In this document: positions 18,834 through 28,303 of the stretch, in pieces | Position numbering within the stretch: position 1 is the first letter of the stretch | Layout: the number at the start of each line of letters is the position of its first letter | Source of the DNA: an uncultured Gemmatimonadales bacterium | Lineage (GTDB): Bacteria > Gemmatimonadota > Gemmatimonadetes > Longimicrobiales > Longimicrobiaceae | Reading direction: 5' to 3' | Assembly (NCBI GenBank): GCA_963716255.1 | Contig: OY970303.1 | Location: 3,808,001-3,872,000 of the forward strand | Length of the DNA stretch: 64,000 nt | Translations under genes and position numbers: made by a program | Notes under the pieces: model-generated | What the model was told of the DNA's origin: nothing | The model's database searches: none | The model's input: only the letters and a program-made list of their open reading frames with translations

Positions 18834-21800
18834 ATGCTCCTCCCCAAGAAGCTCGCCGCCTCCCTCCTCGCGCTCTGCCTCACCGCGCTCCTTCCCTCCT
18901 GCGACTCCGGGATCACGTCCCCGGAACTGGACCGTCTCGGCGGAAATGGTCCGCGCCCGGCCGCCGTGCGGCTGGAGCGGGCCGAGCTGGAGCTCGTCCC
19001 GGGCGACACGGCGCGGCTCGCCGCCGAGGTGGTGAGCGCGAGCGGCTCCACCCTCACGGGGCAGGCGGTGTCCTGGTCCAGCGCCTCGCCCGAGGTCGTG
19101 AGCGTGAGCCGCGAGGGGACGCTCCGGGCGCTGCGCGAGGGCGAGGCCACGGTGACCGCCGCGGCCGGTCAGGCGAGCGCCACGCTGCGGGTGCGGGTAC
19201 GCGGCCGGGTGGTGGCCAGGCTGCTGATCTCCCCCAAGGAGGACACGCTGAACGCGGTGGGCGCGAGCGTCGTCCTGAACGCGACGGCGCTGGACCCCAG
19301 CGGCGCCCCGCTGGCCGTCGCCTCCATCTCCTGGCAGAGCCTGGACACCGACGTGGCGGTGGTGGATGCCGACGGACGGGTGACCTCCACCGGCTCCGGC
19401 ATGGCGCGGATCACGGCGGGGGCGGGCGGCAGGACCGACACCGTCCGCGTGCACGTGAAGCAGAACTCCGCCCCCCTGCGGGTACGGCCCCGCGACAGCG
19501 TGCTGGGCGCAATCGGCGACACGCTCCGCATCACCGCGGACGCGCAGGACGTCAACGGGAACCCGGTGGGCGCCTCGTCCGTGAAGTGGACGAGCCTGAA
19601 CCCGGCGGTGGCCACGGTGGACGGCGCGGGGCTGGTCACCGCCCGCGCCAACGGTGTCGCCCGCGTCGCGGCGGAGTACGGCGGCAGGGCGGACACGGCG
19701 CGGGTGGAGGTCAAGCAGCTGATCGCCTCCATCGCCGTCACCCCCGGCGCGCCGGTGGTGCAGGCGGGGCAGACGCAGGGGATGGTCGCCACTGCAAAGG
19801 ACGCCAACGGCAACGCCGTTCCCGGAGTGGCCTTCGGGTGGATGTCGTCCAACCCGGCTGCGGCGACGGTGGACGGGGCCGGATCGGTCCGCGCGGTGGC
19901 GCCGGGCGTGAGCTACGTCACGGCCGCGGCGGGAAGCATCAACGGCACCGCCACCGTGACGGTGACGGCGAACCCGGGGACGGTGCCGGCGCGGGTCGCG
20001 GTGGAGCCGGAGACGGCGACGCTCGACGCCATCGGCGCGGCGGCGCAGCTGGGCGCCACGGTGTACAGCGCGGCCGGCCCGGCCATGTCCGGGGTCGCGG
20101 TGACCTGGAGCAGCCTGGACGCGGGCGTCGCCGCGGTGGACGGTGCCGGCCGGGTGACCGCGAGGGCGACCGGGACGGCGCGCATCGTGGCGACCTCGGG
20201 GACGCTGGCGGACACCGCGGTCGTGACCGTGCGCCAGCTGGTGGCGGCGGTGACGGTGTCCCCCTCCGCGCCGGGGGTGCAGGCCGGGCAGTCGCAGCAG
20301 CTCACCGCCGCCGCCAAGGACGCCGGCGGGTACGACGTGCCGGGCGTCGCCTTCGCCTGGACCTCCTCCAACCCGGCGGCGGCCACGGTGGACGGCTCCG
20401 GCGTGGTGCGCGGCGTGGCGGCGGGCGTCAGCTACGTCACGGCGAGCGCGGCGGGCCGCAGCGCCGTCGCCACCGTCGCGGTGACGGCCGACCCGGGGTC
20501 GGTGGCGTCGCGGGTGGCGGTGTCCCCCGCGGCGACCACCCTGGACGCGCTGGGCGCCACGGCGCAGCTGGGCGCCACCGTGTACAGCGCGGCGGGGAGC
20601 GCCATGCCGGGGGCCTCGGTGGCGTGGAGCAGCCTGGACGCGGGCGTCGCCGCGGTGGACGCCTCCGGCCGGGTGACCGCGAAGGCGGCCGGGACGGCGC
20701 GCATCGTGGCGACCTCGGGGACGCTGGTGGACACGGCCACGGTGACGGTGCGCCAGGTGGTGGCGGCGGTGACGGTGACGCCCTCGTCGCCGGTAGTGCT
20801 GGAGGGCGGGACCCAGCAGATGAGCGCCGCGGCGACCGACGCCAACGGCAACCCCATCCCGGGCGCGGCGTTCGCCTGGACCTCGTCCAACGCGCCGGTC
20901 GCCACGGTGGACGCGGCGGGGGTGGTGCGGGCGGTGGCGGCGGGCGTCAGCTACGTGACCGCCGCCGCGGGCGGGAAGACGGCGACGGCCACCCTCACGG
21001 TCAACGCAGCCGCGGTGGTGCAGGCGCCCCCCGCCGCCGTGGCCACGGTGAGCGTGGCGCCGGGCTCGGCGGCCCTCGTGGTCGGCGGCGGCGCGCTCCT
21101 CACCGCCTCGGCGCGCGACGGGGCGGGGAACGTGCTCACCGGCCGGCCGGTGGCGTGGAGCACCTCCAACCCGGCGGTGGCGACCGTGTCGGCCTCGGGG
21201 ATGGTGACCGGCGTCGGCGTGGGGAGCGCCACGGTCACCGCCACTGTCGAGGGGAAGACGGGGACCGCAGCGATCACCATCACGGCGGACCCGGCGACCG
21301 TGGCGTCGCGAATCTCGGTGACCCCCGGCGCCGACACGCTGAACGCCCTGGGCGCGGCGACGCAGCTGCGGGCCACGGTGTACAGCGCCGCCGGCACGGC
21401 CATGTCCGGGGCCGCGGTGACCTGGAGCAGCCTGGGCGCGGGCGTCGCCACGGTGGACGCCGCGGGCCGGGTGACGGCGGTGGCGGCGGGGACGGCGCGG
21501 ATCGTCGCGTCGGCCGGGGCGCTGGCCGACACGGCGACGGTGGTGGTGCGCCAGGTGGTGGAGGCGGTGGCGGTGTCTCCCGCCGCCCCGGTGGTGCAGG
21601 AGGGCGGCACGCAGCAGGTGAGCGCCACGGCAAAGGACGCCAACGGCAACGACGTCGCGGGGGTGTCCTTCACCTGGACCACCTCCAACGCGGCGGCGGC
21701 CACGGTGAACGGCTCCGGGCTGGTCTCCGCGGTGGCCGCGGGCGTGAGCTACGTCACGGCGAGCGCGGGCGGCAGGAACGCCGTCGCCACGGTGACCGTC

Positions 21801-22877
21801 GCGGCGGCCCCGGTGGCGACCGTGACGGTTTCGCCGGGCTCCGCGACCCTCGCGGTGGGGGCCGCCGTGGACCTGTCGGCGGTGGCCAGGGATGCCGCCG
21901 GGCGCGTCCTGACCGGCCGGCCGGTGAGCTGGGCCACCTCCAACCCGGCGGTGGCGACGGTCTCCGGCACGGGGCTGGTGACGGGGGTGTCCGGCGGCGT
22001 GGCGACGATCACCGCCACCAGCGAGGGAAAGAGCGGGACCGCGCAGGTGACGGTGAGCGCGCCGGTCGTCGGGGCCGCGCTGGCCTTCCAGGACGGGTTC
22101 GAGGGCGGTGCGCCCGCGGCGGTCCAGGGCGGCTACGGGTGGACGGGGTACCGGGCCGCCTCGGGCGAGGGCGTCTCGGTGAGCCGCGACGTGGCGCGCA
22201 GCGGCGGCTACAGCATGAAGTTCACCTACGGCGGCAACGCGGATCCCTGCGCGGACTCGTGGGCGGAGCAGCGCTTCACCCTGGGCGAGAACCTGACCGA
22301 GGTGTGGCTGGAGTACTACATCTACCTGCCCAGCGGCGCCGACGGGAAGGGTCCGCGCTTCTACCACCGCAAGCCGGTCTGCCCCGGGGAGAGCGACCCC
22401 AACGGCACCGTGTCCAACAACAAGTTCTTCGCCCTGTGGGCCTCCAACTACGACGTGCGCGCCGCCTCCGGCGGGATGAAGGTGCTCCTCGAGTACCAGC
22501 GCACCGGCGTGGGCTCCGACGGCGACAGCCAGATGTACGGGATGTGGTGCAACGACACCAAGCTTTGCAGCAACTGGGGCGCGGAGAACGGCCGCTGGGA
22601 CCCCGCCTTCACGGACGGCATGCGGGGCCGCTGGGTGCAGGTGCGCATCCACACCCGCGCGGCGGACTCCAAGGCGGCGTCCAACGGGATGCTGCAGCTG
22701 TGGGTGGACGGGGCGCAGCGCATCAACATGCAGAACCTCGACCTGGCGCCCGAGGCGGGCGGGGAGCGCTGGTTCCGCAACGGCTACCTGATGGGGTGGG
22801 CCAACTCCGGCTTCAACGAGAACACCTCCATGTACGTGGACGACTTCCGGATCTTCCGCTCCAACCCTTCCTGGTGA
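18834..22877 (+). CDS. large lipoprotein: about 12 Big_2 Ig-like repeats plus polysaccharide-lyase-like domain
   Basis: Likely ATG 18834 (MLLPKKLAA...LPSC lipobox); the ORF-track start at 18666 lies inside the riboswitch. Repeated W-SS-N/D-P-VATV motifs; same C-terminal domain as 16955 and 28304. Confidence 0.88.
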   Translation: MLLPKKLAASLLALCLTALLPSCDSGITSPELDRLGGNGPRPAAVRLERAELELVPGDTARLAAEVVSASGSTLTGQAVSWSSASPEVVSVSREGTLRALREGEATVTAAAGQASATLRVRVRGRVVARLLISPKEDTLNAVGASVVLNATALDPSGAPLAVASISWQSLDTDVAVVDADGRVTSTGSGMARITAGAGGRTDTVRVHVKQNSAPLRVRPRDSVLGAIGDTLRITADAQDVNGNPVGASSVKWTSLNPAVATVDGAGLVTARANGVARVAAEYGGRADTARVEVKQLIASIAVTPGAPVVQAGQTQGMVATAKDANGNAVPGVAFGWMSSNPAAATVDGAGSVRAVAPGVSYVTAAAGSINGTATVTVTANPGTVPARVAVEPETATLDAIGAAAQLGATVYSAAGPAMSGVAVTWSSLDAGVAAVDGAGRVTARATGTARIVATSGTLADTAVVTVRQLVAAVTVSPSAPGVQAGQSQQLTAAAKDAGGYDVPGVAFAWTSSNPAAATVDGSGVVRGVAAGVSYVTASAAGRSAVATVAVTADPGSVASRVAVSPAATTLDALGATAQLGATVYSAAGSAMPGASVAWSSLDAGVAAVDASGRVTAKAAGTARIVATSGTLVDTATVTVRQVVAAVTVTPSSPVVLEGGTQQMSAAATDANGNPIPGAAFAWTSSNAPVATVDAAGVVRAVAAGVSYVTAAAGGKTATATLTVNAAAVVQAPPAAVATVSVAPGSAALVVGGGALLTASARDGAGNVLTGRPVAWSTSNPAVATVSASGMVTGVGVGSATVTATVEGKTGTAAITITADPATVASRISVTPGADTLNALGAATQLRATVYSAAGTAMSGAAVTWSSLGAGVATVDAAGRVTAVAAGTARIVASAGALADTATVVVRQVVEAVAVSPAAPVVQEGGTQQVSATAKDANGNDVAGVSFTWTTSNAAAATVNGSGLVSAVAAGVSYVTASAGGRNAVATVTVAAAPVATVTVSPGSATLAVGAAVDLSAVARDAAGRVLTGRPVSWATSNPAVATVSGTGLVTGVSGGVATITATSEGKSGTAQVTVSAPVVGAALAFQDGFEGGAPAAVQGGYGWTGYRAASGEGVSVSRDVARSGGYSMKFTYGGNADPCADSWAEQRFTLGENLTEVWLEYYIYLPSGADGKGPRFYHRKPVCPGESDPNGTVSNNKFFALWASNYDVRAASGGMKVLLEYQRTGVGSDGDSQMYGMWCNDTKLCSNWGAENGRWDPAFTDGMRGRWVQVRIHTRAADSKAASNGMLQLWVDGAQRINMQNLDLAPEAGGERWFRNGYLMGWANSGFNENTSMYVDDFRIFRSNPSW

Positions 22878-22906
22878 GCCGGCGGATAAGCCCGAGAAAC
22901 ACGCAC

Positions 22907-22941
22907 GGAGGCCCCCCGATCCCACGGATCGGGGGGCCTCC
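22907..22941. terminator. hairpin between convergent genes
   Basis: ggaggccccccgatcc-cac-ggatcggggggcctcc, perfect 16-bp stem. Confidence 0.7.
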
Positions 22942-22947
22942 TCGCCT

Positions 22948-24324
22948 TCAGGGCCGCTCGCCCTGCGCGCCGCTCCCGGCGAGCCAGTCGTTCCGCACCA
23001 CGCGCAGCTTCCCCGACGGCGCCCGCTCGATCTGCTCCACCCGCCGGATGCGCGCCCGCATTCCGTCCAGCCGGTCGCGCACGTACGCCTGGATCCGCTC
23101 CTCGAACTCCGGCGACAGCTCGCCGTCCGTCACCAGCCGCACCTCCAGCGTGTCGGGCCCGTCCTGGACCACCTGGTACTGGCGGAACGCTCCCGTCTCG
23201 GCGTGGAGCTGCACCATGAGGTAGTCCAGCTTCTCGCCGTGCCAGCGGCGTCCGGTGGGCGTGTACACCACGTCGTGGATGCGGCCCCACACCTCGCGCA
23301 GCGCGGGGAAGGGGCGCCCGCACGCGCACGGCCCCCCCTGCACGGCGAAGTCGCCCACGCGGTAGCGGACCAGGGGCATGGCGAAGTTGGTGAGGTCGGT
23401 CACGATCACCTCGCCGGTCTCGCCCGGCTCCGCCGGCCGTCCCTCGGGCGTGAGCACCTCCACCAGGACGTTCTCGCTCATCACGTGCAGGCTCCCGCTC
23501 TCGCACTCGTAGGCGATGGCGCCCACCTCCCCGCAGCCGTACTCGTTCTGGATGGGCGCCCCGAAGACCCGCTGGATCCGCTCCCTCTGGCGCTCGGTCA
23601 GCGGCTCGGAGGTGGGGACGATGGCGCGCAGCCCCAGCCGCCGCCCGTCGAGCCCCTTCTGCTCCACGTACTCCGCGAACAGGTGGATCAGGCTCGCGTA
23701 CCCGTAGAACCAGCGCGGCCGGAAGCGCAGGCAGCGCTCCCAGTAGCGGGCGAGGTCTTCCTCGTCCAGGTCGAAGGCGGAGAGCCGGATGCGGTTCATC
23801 GCCAGGTCGGCGAGGGCGAAGCGGACCCGCCGCTTGCGGGTGAGGGGGGTGCCCCAGAACCGGACGGCGCGGTCCGCCATGCGGATCCCGAACCATTCGA
23901 GCGCCATCCACGACGCCGCCATCTCCCGGGCGATGCCATCGCTGGTCTTGGTGACGCGGACCGGCTGCGCGGTGGATCCGCCCGTGGTCTTGTCCGTGGT
24001 GCGGCCCGGGACCGGGTCGCAGAGCATCGCCTCCCGGTGAAGCTGCAGGTCGGTCTTGGCGACCAGGGGAAGGTCGCGCAGCCGCGCCCGGGCCTCGTCC
24101 GCCGTCACGTCGCCGATCGCTCCCCACCGCTCCCGGTAGAACGGCGACGAGCGGCCGACGGTGGTCAGCAGGTGGGCGAGGCGCTCGTCCTGCCTGCGCC
24201 GCAGCTCGTCCGGCGGAAGCCGCTGGACCCTGCGCATCTCCTCCAGGTAGCGGAACACGGAGCCCTCGCCGCGCGCGAGCGTGGCGGTGCGGTAGACCAC
24301 GTTTGCGTGGAGCCAGCGGAGCAT
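22948..24324 (-). CDS. phenylacetate-CoA-ligase-family adenylating enzyme (CapK-like)
   Basis: ATG 24324; SPFYR, TTGGSTAQP, GYAS, TSEPL, NEYGCGEVG, MPLVRYRVGD, SGKLR. Confidence 0.88.
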   Translation of the reverse strand: MLRWLHANVVYRTATLARGEGSVFRYLEEMRRVQRLPPDELRRRQDERLAHLLTTVGRSSPFYRERWGAIGDVTADEARARLRDLPLVAKTDLQLHREAMLCDPVPGRTTDKTTGGSTAQPVRVTKTSDGIAREMAASWMALEWFGIRMADRAVRFWGTPLTRKRRVRFALADLAMNRIRLSAFDLDEEDLARYWERCLRFRPRWFYGYASLIHLFAEYVEQKGLDGRRLGLRAIVPTSEPLTERQRERIQRVFGAPIQNEYGCGEVGAIAYECESGSLHVMSENVLVEVLTPEGRPAEPGETGEVIVTDLTNFAMPLVRYRVGDFAVQGGPCACGRPFPALREVWGRIHDVVYTPTGRRWHGEKLDYLMVQLHAETGAFRQYQVVQDGPDTLEVRLVTDGELSPEFEERIQAYVRDRLDGMRARIRRVEQIERAPSGKLRVVRNDWLAGSGAQGERP

Positions 24325-24432
24325 TGGGGACTCTGGGATCTGGGTGCGGACGAACCGGCCGGCACGGGCGACTGAAGCAACTCCCACACCCACCGGGAGT
24401 CGCGCTCCCGCACCAGTCGCGGGGCCCCCGTG

Positions 24433-24450
24433 CGTGGCACGGGCGCAACA
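24433..24450. promoter_or_regulatory. 18-bp palindrome, candidate UAS between divergent genes
   Basis: CGTGG-cacgggcg-CAACA; flanked by -24/-12 candidates at 24376-24391 (-) and 24512-24527 (+). Confidence 0.55.
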
Positions 24451-24511
24451 GGTGTGCTTCGCCTCCGCCGCCGCGGACCGGGCCGAGCCCCCGGTGCGCG
24501 GCGGCGGGCCG

Positions 24512-24527
24512 GGGCATGTACGTTGCC
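24512..24527 (+). promoter_or_regulatory. candidate sigma-54 promoter
   Basis: GGGCATG-TACG-TTGCC, about 52 nt before ATG 24580. Confidence 0.6.
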
Positions 24528-24579
24528 TCAGGGGAGCATCGCCCGCCACCCCGGCGAGCCCGACCACGATCCCGCGCAC

Positions 24580-25857
24580 ATGACGAAGACCGCCCGGCCG
24601 AAGCTGCTCTTCCTCTGCCAGACGCTCCCCTTTCCGCCGGACGGAGGGGTGCAGATCCGCACCTACAACGTCCTCCGGCTCCTGGCCCGGAGCTTCGAGG
24701 TCACCGCGCTGTGCTTCTACCGGGCGGGGATCTGCCGGTCGGAGGCCGCGGTGCGCGCGGCGGTGGCCGCCCTGGAGGCGCTGCCGGGGGTGGCCTCGGT
24801 GGAGGCGTTCCCCATCCCTCAGGAGCACAGCCGCGCCCGGCTGGCCTGGGACCACCTGCGCAGCGTGGCCTCGCGGCGGGCGTACACGGTGTTCTCGTAC
24901 GAGTCCGCGGGCTTCCGCGCCCGGGTGGAGGAGCTGCTCCGCACCGGCGGCTTCGACCTGGCGCACGTGGACAGCCTGGACCTTTCCGGCTACCTGCCGC
25001 TGCTGCGCGGCATCCCCGTGGCGTGCGTGCACCACAACGTGGAATCGGCGCTGCTGCGCAGGCGGGCGGAGAACGAGCGCTCGCCGCTGCTGCGGCGCTA
25101 CGTCGCGCTGCAGGCGGAGCTGCTGGAGGCCGAGGAGCGGCGCTGGTGCGGGCGCGTGGCGCTCAACGTGGCCGTTTCCGAGGAGGACCGCGGGCGATTC
25201 GGGCGGCTGGCGCCCGGCGCTCCGTTCACCGTGGTCCCCAACGGCGTGGACACGGACACCTTCCGGCCCGCGGCGGTTCCCCAGCGCGGGATCGTGTTCG
25301 TGGGCGGGTACAGCTGGTATCCCAACCGCGACGCGCTCGCCCACTTCGCCGGGGACATCCTCCCGCTGCTGCGCGCGCAGGTGCCGGGCGTGCGGGTCCG
25401 CTGGGTGGGGCGCGCGCCGGACGAGGTGCGCCGCGGCCATCGCGAGCGGTACGGCATGGAGCTGACGGGCTACGTGGAGGACATCCGCCCCCTGGTGCAC
25501 GAGGCGGCGTGCTACGTGGTCCCGCTGCGCGTGGGCGGCGGCACCCGGCTCAAGATCCTGGACGCCTGGGCCATGGGAAAGGCGGTGGTCAGCACCACCG
25601 TGGGGTGCGAGGGGCTGGACGCGCGCGACGGGGAGAACATCCTGGTCCGCGACGACCCGGCGGAGTTCGCCGCCGCGGTGCGGCGGGTGCTGGAGGACGA
25701 GGTGCTCCGCGCCCGGCTGGGCGAGGGCGCCCGGCGCACCGCCGAGGAAGTGTACGAGTGGGAGGTGATCGGCCGCTCCATGGCCGCGGACTACCTGTCG
25801 CTGCTCGGATCGGCGGCGGAAGTCCGGGTGCACGCGGGGGCGGGACGGCCCGCCTGA
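24580..25857 (+). CDS. GT4 glycosyltransferase (PEP-CTERM-associated type)
   Basis: PFPPDGGVQIR, HHNVES, VPNGVD, PLRVGGGTRLKILDAWAMG. Confidence 0.9.
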   Translation: MTKTARPKLLFLCQTLPFPPDGGVQIRTYNVLRLLARSFEVTALCFYRAGICRSEAAVRAAVAALEALPGVASVEAFPIPQEHSRARLAWDHLRSVASRRAYTVFSYESAGFRARVEELLRTGGFDLAHVDSLDLSGYLPLLRGIPVACVHHNVESALLRRRAENERSPLLRRYVALQAELLEAEERRWCGRVALNVAVSEEDRGRFGRLAPGAPFTVVPNGVDTDTFRPAAVPQRGIVFVGGYSWYPNRDALAHFAGDILPLLRAQVPGVRVRWVGRAPDEVRRGHRERYGMELTGYVEDIRPLVHEAACYVVPLRVGGGTRLKILDAWAMGKAVVSTTVGCEGLDARDGENILVRDDPAEFAAAVRRVLEDEVLRARLGEGARRTAEEVYEWEVIGRSMAADYLSLLGSAAEVRVHAGAGRPA

Positions 25858-25892
25858 GTCCTCCCTTCTCCCACGCGGCGGCATCCAGGGGC

Positions 25893-26810
25893 ATGCGCAC
25901 CCTCCTCAAGCACTCGGTCGAGAAGGTCCTCTGCCGCGGCGGGGCCACGCGCGCCGCGCGGCGGCGCCGCCGCGGGGGGACCCTGGTGCTCGCCTACCAC
26001 AACGTGGTGCCCCGCGGCGAGTCGCGCGAGGGCGACCGCAGCCTCCACCTCCCCCAGGACGACTTCGCGCGCCAGCTGGAGCTTCTCGGGCGCACGCACG
26101 AGGTCGTCCCGCTCGCCGCGCTCTTCGCGCCCCCCGCGGCGGGCGGGCGGCCGCGCGCCGTGATCACCTTCGACGACGCGTACCGCGGCGCGGTGACCGC
26201 GGGGGTGGAGGAGCTGGCGCGGCGGGGGCTCCCGGCCACCATCTTCGTCACCCCCGGCTTCCTGGACGGGCGGTCGTTCTGGTGGGACGCGCTCGCCGCC
26301 CCCGGCCAGGCGGGTCTGGCGCCGGAGGTGCGCGACCGCTGCCTGGGCGAGCTGCGCGGCATGGACGCCGAGGTCCGCCGCTGGGCCCGCGAGCGGGGGA
26401 TGCCGCTGCGCGAAGTGCCGCCGCACCAGGCCGGGGCCGCCGAGGCGGAGCTGCGGGCCGCGCACGCCACGGACGGGATCACGCTGGGGGCCCACAGCTG
26501 GGGCCACCCCAACCTGGCGGCGCTGGCGCCGGCGGAGCTGGAGGAGGAGATGGTCCGTCCGCTCGCCTGGCTGCGGGAGCGCTTCGCGGGGGTGCTCCCC
26601 TGGCTGGCCTACCCGTACGGGCTGGCCTCCCCCGCGGTGGAGGAGGCGGCGCGCCGGGCGGGGTACGAGGGTGCCTTCCGCGTGGAGGGCGGGTGGATGC
26701 CGCGGCCGGGGGAGCCCATCCGCCGCCACGCGCTCCCTCGCGCGAACGTCCCCGCGGGCGCGTCGCTGGACAACTTCGAGCTGCGCACCTCCGGCCTCCT
26801 CCGCGGCTAG
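25893..26810 (+). CDS. polysaccharide deacetylase (NodB type)
   Basis: VLAYH, ITFDDAY, GAHSWGHP, LAYPYG. Confidence 0.9.
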   Translation: MRTLLKHSVEKVLCRGGATRAARRRRRGGTLVLAYHNVVPRGESREGDRSLHLPQDDFARQLELLGRTHEVVPLAALFAPPAAGGRPRAVITFDDAYRGAVTAGVEELARRGLPATIFVTPGFLDGRSFWWDALAAPGQAGLAPEVRDRCLGELRGMDAEVRRWARERGMPLREVPPHQAGAAEAELRAAHATDGITLGAHSWGHPNLAALAPAELEEEMVRPLAWLRERFAGVLPWLAYPYGLASPAVEEAARRAGYEGAFRVEGGWMPRPGEPIRRHALPRANVPAGASLDNFELRTSGLLRG

Positions 26811-26832
26811 GATCGGGACGCGTGCGCTCACC

Positions 26833-28083
26833 GTGAGCCCCGTTCCCCCCCGGCGCGCCGCCGCGACGGCCTGCGTCCTGGCCGCCGCGCTCGCCATCGC
26901 GGCGCTGACGCTCTTCCCCGTGGGCGACGCGCCGAAGCGGCCCATCGAGCTGTGCCTCGTCTGCGGCGAGCGCGGCCTCGCCGACGCCATCCTCAACGTC
27001 TTCCTCTTCGTCCCGCTCGGCGCGGCGCTGGCGCTCGGCGTCGCGTCCGCGGGGCGCGCGGCCCTCCTGGGCGCCGCCTTTTCCGCGGCCGTGGAGCTGT
27101 GCCAGCACCTGGTCCCGGGGCGCGATCCCAGCCCCGCCGACATCCTCTTCAACACCGTGGGGACGGCGCTCGGCTTCGCGGTGCTGCGCTCGGCCCCGGC
27201 CTGGCTGCATCCGCCCCCGCGCCGCGCGGCGGGCCTCCTCGCCGCGGCCGTCGTGCTGCCGCTGGCCCTCGCCGCGGCGGGGGGATGGCTGCTCGCGCCG
27301 GCGCTGCCGCGCTCCGTGTACTACGGGCAGTGGACGGCGGACCTGGGCTACCTGGCGTGGTACCGCGGCCGCGTGTCCGCCGCCCGGGTGGGGGAGGTGC
27401 CGGTGCCGTCGTGGCGGATGGAGCGGGAGTCGCCGCGCCTGCGGGCGCTGCTGCTGGAGGGAGCCCCCATCCGGGTCGCCGGGGTGGCGGGCCCGCCCCC
27501 GCCCTCGCTCGCGCCGGTCTTCAGCATCTACGACGACCGGCAGCGGGAGGTGGTGCTCGCGGGGATCGACGGCGAGGACGCGGTGTTCCGCTTCCGCACC
27601 CGGAGCACGGCGCTGCGGATGGACCAGCCCGACCTCCGCGTCCCGGGCGCCTTTCGCGGCGTCCGGCCCGGCGACCGACTGCGGCTGGCGGTCGCCCGGC
27701 GGGGGCGCGGGTACTGCCTGGAGGGCAGCGCCGCCGGGGCGTGCTCGCTGGGCTTCACCGCGGCCGACACCTGGGCGGTGCTCATCTTTCCCTCCTCGCT
27801 CCCCGCGTCCGGGCGGCGGCTCGTCGGCCTGCTCTGGATGGCCGGCCTCTTCCTTCCCGCGGGGCTCTGGCTCCGCGGCCGGGGGCAGGCGCTGGCGGCC
27901 GGCGCCGCCGTCTGCGCCGGGCTGCTTGCCGTCCCCCTGGCGACGACCCTCCTCCCGACGCCGCTTTCCGCGCTGCTCGCCGCCCTGGCCGGGATGGGCG
28001 CGGGGGCACTCGGCTCGAAGTTGTCGGGCGCAGCGACATGCAAGCCTCCCGTGTCCGCCGCGGATGGGTCGAATTGGCCATGA
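26833..28083 (+). CDS. VanZ-family membrane protein
   Basis: DAILNVFLFVPLG, SAAVELCQ...PGR, DILFNTVG; multi-pass; start codon approximate. Confidence 0.8.
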   Translation: MSPVPPRRAAATACVLAAALAIAALTLFPVGDAPKRPIELCLVCGERGLADAILNVFLFVPLGAALALGVASAGRAALLGAAFSAAVELCQHLVPGRDPSPADILFNTVGTALGFAVLRSAPAWLHPPPRRAAGLLAAAVVLPLALAAAGGWLLAPALPRSVYYGQWTADLGYLAWYRGRVSAARVGEVPVPSWRMERESPRLRALLLEGAPIRVAGVAGPPPPSLAPVFSIYDDRQREVVLAGIDGEDAVFRFRTRSTALRMDQPDLRVPGAFRGVRPGDRLRLAVARRGRGYCLEGSAAGACSLGFTAADTWAVLIFPSSLPASGRRLVGLLWMAGLFLPAGLWLRGRGQALAAGAAVCAGLLAVPLATTLLPTPLSALLAALAGMGAGALGSKLSGAATCKPPVSAADGSNWP

Positions 28084-28303
28084 GCCGTCCGGGTATGTGG
28101 CGGTGATGCCCCGGTGTGGGGCACACATGCCGCAGCCCGGCGGGGAGATGCGCGGCCCGGAGCGCCTGTCCAGACAGGCGCCGCGCGGGTTTTCGCCGTG
28201 GGGAGCGTGCTGCGCGAAACTTGAAGTAGGCGGGCCCGGCGGCCGGGGAAGCTGCCCCGGGCCTTGCCCACCACCGATCACCACTCGTTGCAAAGGAGCG
28301 ACG

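Noticed and set aside
18378..23224. Very long alternative-frame ORFs (18378-22925 -, 19586-23224 +; likewise 4948-8628 +, 51353-53764 -)
   Set aside because: Arg/Gly/Pro-rich shadow frames typical of very high GC DNA, overlapping motif-supported genes.
28084..28303. Third GEMM riboswitch before the third paralog
   Set aside because: No GCAAA...GAAA...GACGCA pattern in this leader.
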